DNA from: Eubacteriales bacterium
GTDB taxonomy: Bacteria; Bacillota; Clostridia; Oscillospirales; CAG-272
Direction: 5' to 3'
Length of the DNA stretch: 64,000 nucleotides
Assembly: GCA_045643725.1 (NCBI GenBank)
Contig: JAZRFQ010000040.1
Location: 3,945 to 67,944 of the forward strand
Shown here: one piece after another, positions 1 to 8,068 of the stretch
Numbering within the stretch: the first letter of the stretch is position 1
Layout of the letters: each line of letters opens with the position of its first letter
Made by a program: the position numbers and the translations under genes
The notes under the pieces: generated by a model
Database searches by the model: none
The model's input: only the letters and a program-made list of their open reading frames with translations
Told to the model about the DNA's origin: nothing

Positions 1-753
1 CTCGGTCTCGGTGAGAGGCGGAGCATACACGTCGCTAACGAGAGAGTAGTCGATGTCCTGATCTACGGTTACAGATGTAATAATCGGGCGATAGTCGTCG
101 TAGATAAGGCCTGTGTACCAGCTGGTGTTCTCGATACTCTTGTTAATAATATCATGGATCACCTTGTATCCACTTACAACGTAGCCGAAGGGCGCAAAGT
201 ATCCGTCATGCTCGGGAAGATTGCCGCTTGTGAAGAAGAACATCGAGCGCGCATCGTCGGGCGTCTCGGAATAGAGCATCACTATAGCGCCGCGCTTGAT
301 CTTAAGATCGTTCTCGATGCCGTTCTCGGCAAACTCGCCCTTTACGGTATCGGGAGCGGCCTCGCCGCCGTTAACGGTAGGATCGCCGCCGATGATTATA
401 GCGGCATCATCGGTGATGTCACCCGCCGAGAAGAAGTCGAGACCGTTATAGAAGCCGGCTTTCGCAAGAGTGAGGAAGTTTGCAACCGTTCTGGGTGCGC
501 TGGTCGCGTCGAGCAGGAGCTTGACGTCGCCGTAGTCCTTGATCGTCATCGTGACGTAGGCAATGTTTCTGCCGGTGACGTCGCGATCGGCGTAGTCGGC
601 GGCATCGGGAATCTCGGGCTCATCCGGAGTTTCGGGCGTTTCGGGAGTCTCGGGCGTCGCATTGGATAACTCGTCTATAACGAGCGGCACGATTATAAGT
701 GCGGCCGCGAGGGTGATAGCGATAATTAAAGCTATGAGGTAAGATTTCTTCAT
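1..753 (-). CDS. Cyclophilin-type peptidyl-prolyl cis-trans isomerase with an N-terminal membrane anchor or signal (partial; the C-terminus lies beyond position 1)
   Basis: Absent from the ORF track because it runs off the window. My own translation from the ATG (complement of 751-753) reads MKKSYLIALIIAITLAAALIIVPLV...APRTVANFLTLAKAGFYNGLDFF...IKRGAIVMLYSETPDDARSMFFF and stays open to position 1. The + strand ORF 154..669 is its antisense shadow. Confidence 0.75.
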   Translation of the reverse strand, partial: MKKSYLIALIIAITLAAALIIVPLVIDELSNATPETPETPETPDEPEIPDAADYADRDVTGRNIAYVTMTIKDYGDVKLLLDATSAPRTVANFLTLAKAGFYNGLDFFSAGDITDDAAIIIGGDPTVNGGEAAPDTVKGEFAENGIENDLKIKRGAIVMLYSETPDDARSMFFFTSGNLPEHDGYFAPFGYVVSGYKVIHDIINKSIENTSWYTGLIYDDYRPIITSVTVDQDIDYSLVSDVYAPPLTETE

Positions 754-766
754 ATACAATCCTTTT

Positions 767-784
767 TGTAAAGTATAGTTTACA
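767..784. repeat. 18-bp palindrome family copy (TGTAAAGTATAGTTTACA)
   Basis: Overlaps the holA stop codon (780-782). Confidence 0.7.
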
Positions 785-1805
785 TATTTTGCATTATGTA
801 GAGCTCGATTGCGGTATATCCGCCGATTCCGCCGAATTTCGACGAGGTGTCGACACGCGAGAGCTCCGCGAGCATTGCCTCGCATCTTGCACGGCCGAGC
901 TTCTTTGCCGATGCGGCGTAGAGCTTGAGCTTATATGCGTTCATCGACAGAGTCTTGGCAATATCCTCGAGGCTCATTCCGTCCTCGGTAAGCTCTGCTA
1001 CATTGACGAGATCGCACAGTATTTTCGCCGTCATACCGATGATTATCGTCGGATCGACGCGGCGCGATTTCATATCGTCGAGTGCCGTGAGCGCGCCCTG
1101 CTTGTCCCGTGCCAGAACGGCGTTCGAGAAGGCAAAGGTGTCGCACTCTGTGGTTGCGGTCGCTATCAGCTCGACCTCGCAGGCGGAGAGCGCGACCGTG
1201 TTCGCCTTGGCGTAGGCAACGAGCTTGTCTATCTCGTTTTTGAGCTGCTGCATAGAGTGTCCCGAGCGGAATATCAGCGCCGAGGGCACGTCGGGGGCGA
1301 AGGTGACGCCTGCCGCCTCAAAGTGTCTTCTGATCCATTGTGCCAGCTGGGCATCGCTTGATCTGTCCAGTCGCAGAAATTCTATATACTTCTCAAATCT
1401 GGTGACGAATTTGCTCTTTTTCTTCGGCGTGCCGAGATCGACGCCGTCCTCGCCGACGAGGAGAGCTACCGTCGTGTAGCCGTACTCGGCTCTCGTCTCG
1501 AGAAGCATCTCGAGGTCGGATAGCTCCGACTCCTTCATAGAGGCAAGGTCGGGGTAGTGCCACTCGATCAGCTTGTAGTCTGCCATCATGGGCGGAGCCT
1601 TCACGGCATCAAGGATAGCCGCGAGCTTTACGTCATCGCCGTCGAAAACTATGTGATTGAAGGGGGCGAATGCCTCGTCGGTCACGATAGCCGAGCGAAG
1701 CTCGCCAAGGTAGTAGCGCTTCAGGTAGTCCTCCTCGCCAACAAAGGCGAAGGTGCCCGAGAGCTCGCCGCTTTTGATGCGGCTCTTGAACTCGTTTATA
1801 TCCAT
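780..1805 (-). CDS. holA: DNA polymerase III delta subunit
   Basis: 341-aa ORF. The N-terminus FAFVGEEDYLKRYY, the central NEIDKLVAY and the helical C-terminal domain follow the HolA layout. It overlaps the next gene by 1 nt. Confidence 0.7.
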   Translation of the reverse strand: MDINEFKSRIKSGELSGTFAFVGEEDYLKRYYLGELRSAIVTDEAFAPFNHIVFDGDDVKLAAILDAVKAPPMMADYKLIEWHYPDLASMKESELSDLEMLLETRAEYGYTTVALLVGEDGVDLGTPKKKSKFVTRFEKYIEFLRLDRSSDAQLAQWIRRHFEAAGVTFAPDVPSALIFRSGHSMQQLKNEIDKLVAYAKANTVALSACEVELIATATTECDTFAFSNAVLARDKQGALTALDDMKSRRVDPTIIIGMTAKILCDLVNVAELTEDGMSLEDIAKTLSMNAYKLKLYAASAKKLGRARCEAMLAELSRVDTSSKFGGIGGYTAIELYIMQNM

Positions 1806-2239
1806 CAGCTTATCTCGCAGGCGACGGTCATCTTGACCGATTTCTTCGCGCCGCCTATCTCCATATCGTAGAATATATCAAGCACGCCGCCAGACTCACC
1901 GATGCTGCCGCGTATCTTTTTCGTGTAGATCCGCATATCAAAGGTGTAGGGCGGTGCTCCGTAGACCGACGTATGTGCCACGCCTGCAGAGAAGAGAAGA
2001 TCGCTCTCGATAGCGCCGTGACGGCAGACGCGCACGCGCTCGCCGAGGATCTCTATCTTCGTTTTGATCTGACCGCCCTCGCTCTCTTCACAGAAAGAGA
2101 GAACGGCGCCGCGGTCGCTCGCGGTGAGAGTACCGACAGCGGTGCTCTCGGCAACCTCGCGGTCATCAGAGGGGAGTCCTGTGTCGGAGAGATTGTCTAT
2201 TATTGATTTTAAGGTGATTTTAGCGTTGTCGGTGTGCAT
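1805..2239 (-). CDS. DUF1934 (YwiB-like) beta-barrel protein
   Basis: 144 aa. Size and pattern (KITLKSII...VLSFCEE...KTKIEILGERVRVCRHGAIES...FDMRIYTKKI...YDMEIGG) resemble the Firmicute YwiB/DUF1934 family. Confidence 0.55.
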   Translation of the reverse strand: MHTDNAKITLKSIIDNLSDTGLPSDDREVAESTAVGTLTASDRGAVLSFCEESEGGQIKTKIEILGERVRVCRHGAIESDLLFSAGVAHTSVYGAPPYTFDMRIYTKKIRGSIGESGGVLDIFYDMEIGGAKKSVKMTVACEIS

Positions 2240-2261
2240 AAGACTACCTCTCTTTTAAGAT

Positions 2262-2299
2262 AAAAAGGCTGTCGCTATTGATTTGGGCGACAGCCGATG
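2262..2299 (-). terminator. Rho-independent terminator after the MGS-like gene
   Basis: GGCTGTCGC/GCGACAGCC stem (2267-2299), followed on the minus strand by TTTTTAT. Confidence 0.7.
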
Positions 2300-2310
2300 A
2301 AGTCGATAGA

Positions 2311-2742
2311 TCAGAACTTGCGGTTCTTCATATTGTATTCCGAGCGGGGATTAACGAGCTCGCGCCAGTTAAGGCTGCCCGCCTCGAGTGCGGTAACCAT
2401 AACCTCTGCAGATGCGATGTTGGTCGCAAGAGGAACGTTGTAAACGTCGCAAAGGCGAAGCAGATTCATCTCTGCCTCGGAAGGGATCTTTGCGGGATCG
2501 GTGCTTCTGAAGTAGAAGACAACGTCGATCTCGTTGAAGGATACTCTCGATGCGATCTGCTCGGTGCCGCCGGTGTGGCCGGAGAGATAGGTCTCTATCT
2601 TCAGTCCGGTAGCGTCGGAGATGTACTTGCCGGTAATGTGCGTTGCACACAGGTGGTGCTTAGCGAGAATACCGCAGTAAGCAATACAGAATTGCGCCAT
2701 AAGTTCTTTTTTGTTGTCGTCAGCGATAATTGCAATTTCCAT
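2311..2742 (-). CDS. MGS-like domain protein (methylglyoxal synthase homolog whose canonical catalytic residues appear substituted)
   Basis: 143 aa, colinear by eye with MgsA (IAIIADDNKKEL...ATHITGKYISDATGL...LSGHTGGTEQI...IDVVFYFRS...LLRLCDVYNVPLATN). It has ADD instead of AHD, GGTEQ instead of GGDQQ, and no PHxPD block. Confidence 0.6.
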   Translation of the reverse strand: MEIAIIADDNKKELMAQFCIAYCGILAKHHLCATHITGKYISDATGLKIETYLSGHTGGTEQIASRVSFNEIDVVFYFRSTDPAKIPSEAEMNLLRLCDVYNVPLATNIASAEVMVTALEAGSLNWRELVNPRSEYNMKNRKF

Positions 2743-2922
2743 ATGTCCTCCTCTGTCGCAAAAGCGACTTGCTCTAAATATTTAAACTAGTACGCGTAAT
2801 TATAATAGTGTATAATATTATAGCACTATTTAGCGGTTTTGTCAATCACCGCAGGGATATTTTTTTATTTTGAGAGAAATTGTAAAAATGACATAAAAAT
2901 TTCAAAAAAGCATTGTAAAACG

Positions 2923-2951
2923 TAGGAAATTGTAGTATAATAACGAAAGGA
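2923..2951 (+). promoter_or_regulatory. Sigma-A-type promoter of pfkA
   Basis: TTGTAA, 17-nt spacer, TATAAT. Confidence 0.6.
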
Positions 2952-3026
2952 CAAGCCGACGTAGGCAAAATCCTATCAAAAAGCTTTTAATTTTCATAAG
3001 ATACATACAGCGAGAAAGGCACAGAA

Positions 3027-4091
3027 ATGAAAAAATTCAGAAGAATAGGCGTTCTTACTTCGGGTGGCGATGCTCCCGGAATGAATGCGGCTATCAGAGC
3101 CGTTACTCGTGCCGCGATCAATAGCGGAGTGCAGGTAATGGGTATATACAGAGGATATTCGGGACTTATCGACGGCGACATTAAGGAGCTTTCGCTCCGC
3201 GACGTGTCCAATATCATCAACAAGGGCGGTACAATGCTTTATTCCGACCGTTGCCCCGAGTTCCAGACCGAGGAGGGTATGGCAAAGGCCGTTGAGACCT
3301 GCCGACGCCTTGAGATCGACGGTATCGTAGCTATCGGCGGCGACGGAACATTCCGCGGCGCGACCGACCTTACCGCTCACGGCGTTCCCTGCGTCGGAAT
3401 CCCCGGCACTATCGACAACGATATTGCATCCACCGACAACACCATCGGCTTCTATACCGCGATGAACACCGTTATCGAGCTTGTCGACAGACTCCGCGAC
3501 ACCTGCGAGTCTCACGCGAGATGTAACGTCGTCGAGGTTATGGGCAGAGGTGCAGGCGACATCGCGCTTAACACCGCTATCGCATCGGGCGCAAGTGCCG
3601 TTGTTATCCCCGAGGTTGCTCATAACGATGACGATATCTGTGCAAAGATAAACGCATCGAGAAAGGCCGGAAAGAGAAACCTCATCGTTATAGTTTCCGA
3701 GGGCGTTGGCTCGGAGTACGCTCCTGCTCTCGCAAAGAAGATCGAGGAGAAGACCGGCGTCGAGACCAAGTTCGCGAGATTCGCGCACATCGTCAGAGGC
3801 GGTAACCCCACTATCAAGGATAGAGTTATGGCGTCCCAGATGGGCGTTGCGGCGGTTATGGAGCTCCTCAAGGGCAACTCCAATCTCGTTATCTGCGAGA
3901 AGGACGGACAGATCGTTGCACGCGATATCAACTACGCGCTCAAGCTTGACAGAATGTACAAGGGCAAGCTGAAGGACGGCGACCTTGATTGCTTCGATGA
4001 GGCAACTATTCAGGAGATGAAGAACGAGATCTACGCAAAGCGCGCGGCTATCAAGGTTCTCCACGACATATCGAACAAAATCAACCTGTAA
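3027..4091 (+). CDS. pfkA: ATP-dependent 6-phosphofructokinase
   Basis: RIGVLTSGGDAPGMNAAIRAV, IGGDGTFRGA, PGTIDNDI and MGRGAGDIAL motifs. An RBS and promoter lie upstream. Confidence 0.9.
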   Translation: MKKFRRIGVLTSGGDAPGMNAAIRAVTRAAINSGVQVMGIYRGYSGLIDGDIKELSLRDVSNIINKGGTMLYSDRCPEFQTEEGMAKAVETCRRLEIDGIVAIGGDGTFRGATDLTAHGVPCVGIPGTIDNDIASTDNTIGFYTAMNTVIELVDRLRDTCESHARCNVVEVMGRGAGDIALNTAIASGASAVVIPEVAHNDDDICAKINASRKAGKRNLIVIVSEGVGSEYAPALAKKIEEKTGVETKFARFAHIVRGGNPTIKDRVMASQMGVAAVMELLKGNSNLVICEKDGQIVARDINYALKLDRMYKGKLKDGDLDCFDEATIQEMKNEIYAKRAAIKVLHDISNKINL

Positions 4092-4098
4092 TAAAAAA

Positions 4099-4124
4099 GG
4101 AAGCGACACGGTCGCTTCCTTTTT
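4099..4124. terminator. Bidirectional terminator between pfkA and the Sel1-repeat gene
   Basis: GGAAGCGAC-ACG-GTCGCTTCC hairpin flanked by an A-run upstream and a T-run downstream. Confidence 0.85.
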
Positions 4125-4127
4125 CGT

Positions 4128-5873
4128 TTATCTTACCATTTTCAGAACGCGGAGCTTGTACACCGCGCGAGGATCGCGGAACTTGAGCTTGTAGGCCTCC
4201 TCGTAGAGAGAGAAGGCATAGTCCTTGTTGACGGGAACTCCCACGCCGAACTCGTGCAGACATCCGAGCGTGTAGATCGCCTTGGGATTGCCGAGCGATA
4301 TGCACTTATCGAGATAGCTCTTTGCCGCGTCGAACCTTCTTCTGTAGAGCAGACCCATAGCGGTGGAGAAGCTCTTTTCGGAAAGGCGCGCGTTTCTGTT
4401 TGCGATCAGACGGTCGATCTCGCGCTTGGCGGTAGTGTAGCCTGCGTCAAGAGCGTCGGTCAGATACTGTATCGCCTTCTTATAGTTGAACGCGGTGCCG
4501 ATGCCGTAGGCGTAGCAACGACCGACCTCGTACGCGGCGTTCTTGTCACCTGCCTCAAGGGCGGTGTTGTACCAGAGGAATGCACGCTGTCTGTCCTTTT
4601 TCGTGCCCTTGCCGACCTCATAGAGATGTGCTAGCAGCTTCATCGCGGGAATGTATCCCATAGCCGTGGATACAGCGCAGTTGCGGAAGCACTGTGCAGG
4701 GTCGAGATACTCGGCCTCCTTGGCGTACTTAAAGAATCTCTCGCGCTTTGCCCCAAGCTCCTCGGCCTTTTTCTGTGCCGATTCAACGCCGGCCTTGGCG
4801 GCCTTGTCATAGAGCTCGAATGCGTGAGCGAGGTCTCTTGCAATCATCTTACCCTCATAGAAGATGTCGCCCATGGTTTCGTATGCCAGGGCGATTCCGT
4901 GCTCCGCCGCCAGGCGATAGTTGGAGAGCGCGCGGGACACGTCGACCTCAAAGCTCTTGCCGGTGGTGAAGAGGTCGCCGAGGTAGTAGTAGGCGTTGGC
5001 GTTGCCCTGTGCCGCGGCACGCTCGAGGTATCTTACAGCGATAACGAGGTTCTTCTCGCATCCTACACCCTCGGCGTGAAGCATGCCGAGAACGGTGAGT
5101 GCGGCGGTGTCGCCGCGCTTTGCGAGGATCTCGTTGAGCTTGAGATATGCGGTGGGATAGTTGCACTTTTGTGCATCGCGTCCGAGCGCACGAATGAAGT
5201 CGTCATAGCACTCAAATTCGACACGGGGTGGCTCCTTTGCCTCCACGGAGCGCAGTTTATATGCGAGCTTTATAGCATGGAAGGGGGGTAGAACGAGCTT
5301 GTCGAGATACCATCTGGCATGGGCCTCGGAGGCCTCTGTGCCGATACCGCTGTAATATCTCTTCGCCATCGTAACTATGGCATCGGTGTTGCCGCTCTCT
5401 GCTGCGAGCGAATAATAGTAGCTCGCACGCGCCTGGTCATCCTCTGCGGCAAATCGTTCTGCCACCTCGGCATAGGCGTCCTCGCATCCGAGTACCGCCG
5501 AGAACACGAGCCAGAATCTCGCGGCAACGTCGCTTGTGCGAGATGCAAGTCTCGAGTAGCGATATGCGGAGGAGGCGTCGTTCTGCTCTGCAGCGAGAAG
5601 GAAATACTTCATCGCGCGGTCGAGATCGCGGTTTAGCACCTCGCCGTTCTCGAGAAGAGCGCCGAGCTCTCTTTGTGCCTGCACGTCGCCGAAATCTGCG
5701 AGGATGACGTAGTTCTCTATGGCCGTTTCAAACTCGCGCGAGGCGAGGGCTTTTTTTATTTTTTCCGTGCGCGCCGCGATATCCTCGCGGGACAGCTGAA
5801 TCTTCTTTTTACAGCGCGGGCAGGTGGTGCTTTCATACTTACCACGCCAGCCGCACATCTGGCACACGATCAT
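4128..5873 (-). CDS. Sel1-like repeat (SLR/TPR-type) protein with an N-terminal zinc ribbon
   Basis: The N-terminus is CQMCGWRGKYESTTCPRC. It is followed by more than 10 degenerate Sel1 repeats (A..Y...A..G...A...LG..Y..G.GV..D...A..W). Confidence 0.7.
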   Translation of the reverse strand: MIVCQMCGWRGKYESTTCPRCKKKIQLSREDIAARTEKIKKALASREFETAIENYVILADFGDVQAQRELGALLENGEVLNRDLDRAMKYFLLAAEQNDASSAYRYSRLASRTSDVAARFWLVFSAVLGCEDAYAEVAERFAAEDDQARASYYYSLAAESGNTDAIVTMAKRYYSGIGTEASEAHARWYLDKLVLPPFHAIKLAYKLRSVEAKEPPRVEFECYDDFIRALGRDAQKCNYPTAYLKLNEILAKRGDTAALTVLGMLHAEGVGCEKNLVIAVRYLERAAAQGNANAYYYLGDLFTTGKSFEVDVSRALSNYRLAAEHGIALAYETMGDIFYEGKMIARDLAHAFELYDKAAKAGVESAQKKAEELGAKRERFFKYAKEAEYLDPAQCFRNCAVSTAMGYIPAMKLLAHLYEVGKGTKKDRQRAFLWYNTALEAGDKNAAYEVGRCYAYGIGTAFNYKKAIQYLTDALDAGYTTAKREIDRLIANRNARLSEKSFSTAMGLLYRRRFDAAKSYLDKCISLGNPKAIYTLGCLHEFGVGVPVNKDYAFSLYEEAYKLKFRDPRAVYKLRVLKMVR

Positions 5874-5916
5874 TTGTTGCTCCTATCTGATTTTCGGATA
5901 TAATATTACAGTAATA

Positions 5917-5945
5917 TTTTACACTATAATATAGATTTTGTCAAC
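5917..5945 (-). promoter_or_regulatory. Sigma-A-type promoter of the Sel1-repeat gene
   Basis: On the minus strand: TTGACA, 17-nt spacer, TAAAAT. Confidence 0.6.
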
Positions 5946-6050
5946 CGAATAAATAATTTTTCAAAAAAAGGTAAACATAAATTCATAACCGTAGAACGCG
6001 CAGGTCAGGACTCGACAAAAAGCGACGCGGTGATAGTTCGAGGAGGAGAT

Positions 6051-6245
6051 ATGTTTTTGAAAAAACCCGAAAAAAGAAGGCTCAGTCCCTGGTGCGTTAT
6101 AATGGTAGGAGGCCTTGCCACCGTGGGCGCGATCAGCATCGTTAGCGCTTGCAAGGATAGCATCAAGGGCAAGATGCAGAGCATCGCGGCAATGTTTGGG
6201 AAGAAGGACAAGTGCCGACACGACGGCATAGTATGCGACGAGTAG
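6051..6245 (+). CDS. Small hypothetical membrane protein (64 aa)
   Basis: A GAGGAGG RBS sits 5 nt upstream of the ATG at 6051 (the internal Met of track ORF 6030..6245). There is one hydrophobic helix (WCVIMVGGLATVGAISIV). I recognise no homology. Confidence 0.35.
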   Translation: MFLKKPEKRRLSPWCVIMVGGLATVGAISIVSACKDSIKGKMQSIAAMFGKKDKCRHDGIVCDE

Positions 6246-6273
6246 TATAGCCGAAGAGAGTCGAACGCATACG
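6246..6273. repeat. Left arm of a 28-bp imperfect inverted repeat
   Basis: TATAGCCGAAGAGAGTCGAACGCATACG. Its reverse complement recurs at 6499-6526 with 2 mismatches. Confidence 0.8.
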
Positions 6274-6498
6274 CCCTGCAGCGAGCAATTTTTGCGTCTT
6301 TCGCCAAATCTCGTCTTGCAAGATCGGCATCTTGCTTCAACTCGCTTTGACTAAATCCATCAAAAATTTCAACGCCAGAGGGTGCTTTGCAGTTTTGAGT
6401 GAACAAATATTTTGCAGATGCAAAGAGAAAATGCGCAGTAATATAAGATATTGCAAGCATTTTATCTGCCGCAGATGCGGATATTTGTCACACAAAAC

Positions 6499-6526
6499 CG
6501 TATGAGTTCGGCTCTCTTCGGCTATA
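6499..6526. repeat. Right arm of a 28-bp imperfect inverted repeat
   Basis: CGTATGAGTTCGGCTCTCTTCGGCTATA. Confidence 0.8.
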
Positions 6527-6544
6527 GCAAAAAGCAAAATTCGG

Positions 6545-6553
6545 CATAAACTA
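6545..6553 (+). promoter_or_regulatory. Candidate sigma-K-type -10 element (CATAaacTA) upstream of dpaAB
   Basis: GCATAAACTA matches the CATA---TA pattern known for mother-cell sigma-K promoters, such as B. subtilis spoVF. The -35 element is not convincing. Confidence 0.3.
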
Positions 6554-6630
6554 TAGGTGTGGCGGTGTATGGGCATAGCGAGTGAATTTGTGCCCTCTCA
6601 CCGCCCTCACAACAACTATCGGAGTAAACC

Positions 6631-7383
6631 ATGAAAACTGTAATCTTCGGAACAGGCGAGAGGCTTACCGAGTGCGCAAGAGTGCTGGGATGCGAGCCCT
6701 CGCTTTCGAAATATTCCGAGCTTGTTATATTGCCGATCCCGACTACGAAGGACGGCACACATCTGACGGGTAGCGATACGACGCTCCGCGAGCTTGCCGC
6801 CACAGTAGGCGAGGGGAGCTTCGTCCTCGGGTATGGCATTCCGCGCGCGATCATCGAGACTATGGAGGATAGAGGCGCCGTCGTCTGCGATGCTCTTGGC
6901 GACGAGATCTTCCTGCGGAGGAATGCCGAGCTTACCGCACTCGGCACGGTTGGTGTCATACTTACCTCGGGCAGACTCTCGGTCGGGGATATGAAAATAG
7001 GCGTTCTCGGCTACGGCAGGATCGGCAGTCAGCTTATGCGGATATTGCTCTTCCTCGGAGCGAAAGTGAAGGTCTACACCCGTCAAAACTCAACACGGGT
7101 CGAGCTTTCGGGCTACGGAATCGATGCAGAGCTCAGCTCGGAGGGCAATTATGACGGTCTTGACTTCCTCATAAATACCGCGCCGCACCGCATACTCACG
7201 GAGGATACGCTTCGCCGCATCGGAGAGGGCGGTCGCGTGATAGATCTCGCCTCGGGCGACAACTTCCCCGAGGGCGCAGGTGTAACCAAGCTCGGCGGAA
7301 TCCCCGGCATTATGTATCCCGTGAGCGCAGGCCGCATCTACGCCGCCGCGGCGATTCGCTACGAGGGAGGTGACGCCTCGTGA
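6631..7383 (+). CDS. dpaA: Dipicolinate synthase subunit A
   Basis: Rossmann motif IGVLGYGRIGSQL, a truncated dehydrogenase-like layout, and a 4-nt overlap (GTGA) with dpaB, as in spoVFA-spoVFB. Confidence 0.7.
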   Translation: MKTVIFGTGERLTECARVLGCEPSLSKYSELVILPIPTTKDGTHLTGSDTTLRELAATVGEGSFVLGYGIPRAIIETMEDRGAVVCDALGDEIFLRRNAELTALGTVGVILTSGRLSVGDMKIGVLGYGRIGSQLMRILLFLGAKVKVYTRQNSTRVELSGYGIDAELSSEGNYDGLDFLINTAPHRILTEDTLRRIGEGGRVIDLASGDNFPEGAGVTKLGGIPGIMYPVSAGRIYAAAAIRYEGGDAS

Positions 7384-7940
7384 TCGGATATGCTATGTGC
7401 GGCTCGTTCTGCACCCTCTCGCGCTCGCTTGAGGTTATGCGCTCGCTCGTTGCGACGGGACTCGAGGTTCTGCCGATAATGAGCCCGATCGTCTATAGCA
7501 CAGACTCGCGCTTTACCGTCGCAGATACCTTTCGCGAGCAGGTGCGCGCCGTTTGTGGCAGGGATATCGTCCACACGGTAGATGCGGCAGAGCCGCTCGG
7601 TCCGCGCACTCCGCTCGAGGCGCTCGTTATTGCGCCCTGCACGGGAAATACGATGGCGAAGATAGCGAACGGAATCACCGACACCTCGGTAACCATGGCG
7701 GCAAAGGCGCATCTGCGGTGCGACAGACCGCTTCTGATCGCTCTTGCATCCAACGATGCAATGTCGCAGAATCTGCCGAACCTGTCGCGGCTTCTCGAGC
7801 GCAAGGGAGTGTATTTCGTGCCTATGAGACAGGACGATCCCGTTCATAAGCCGCACTCTCTGGTCGCGGATTTTTCGCTTGTAGGCGAGTGCCTCACCGC
7901 TGCCCTCGCAGGCGAGCAGAGAAGGCCCTTGTTCCTCTAA
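7380..7940 (+). CDS. dpaB: Dipicolinate synthase subunit B (flavoprotein)
   Basis: IGYAMCGSFCT...AEPLGP...VIAPCTGNTMAKIANGITDT.V.MAAKA...P.LIALASNDA matches the SpoVFB pattern. GTG start. Confidence 0.8.
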   Translation: MIGYAMCGSFCTLSRSLEVMRSLVATGLEVLPIMSPIVYSTDSRFTVADTFREQVRAVCGRDIVHTVDAAEPLGPRTPLEALVIAPCTGNTMAKIANGITDTSVTMAAKAHLRCDRPLLIALASNDAMSQNLPNLSRLLERKGVYFVPMRQDDPVHKPHSLVADFSLVGECLTAALAGEQRRPLFL

Positions 7941-7948
7941 AAATAAAT

Positions 7949-7982
7949 GGAGCGAGTGCATCTGCTCGCTTCATTTTCTTTT
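7949..7982 (+). terminator. Terminator after dpaB
   Basis: GGAGCGAG/CTCGCTTC stem with an 8-nt loop, followed by ATTTTCTTTT. Confidence 0.6.
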
Positions 7983-8004
7983 GTATTTTGTTTTCATAAA
8001 TCTG

Positions 8005-8033
8005 TTGACAAATTTTCAAAAGCGGACTATAAT
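8005..8033 (+). promoter_or_regulatory. Sigma-A-type promoter of the MATE gene
   Basis: TTGACA, 17-nt spacer, TATAAT. Confidence 0.7.
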
Positions 8034-8068
8034 CTTTAGTAGTCGTATTCACAAAAGGAAGTGGTTTT

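Noticed and set aside
154-669. A + strand 171-aa ORF at the left edge of the window.
   Set aside because: It is antisense to a cyclophilin-type PPIase that I could translate continuously on the minus strand from 753 to position 1. The + strand product has no motifs.
6005-6576. Track ORFs 6005..6460 (-) and 6337..6576 (-) inside the inverted-repeat-bounded element.
   Set aside because: They have no RBS, unusual composition and no motifs, and they overlap each other and the small + strand gene. The region is treated as noncoding.
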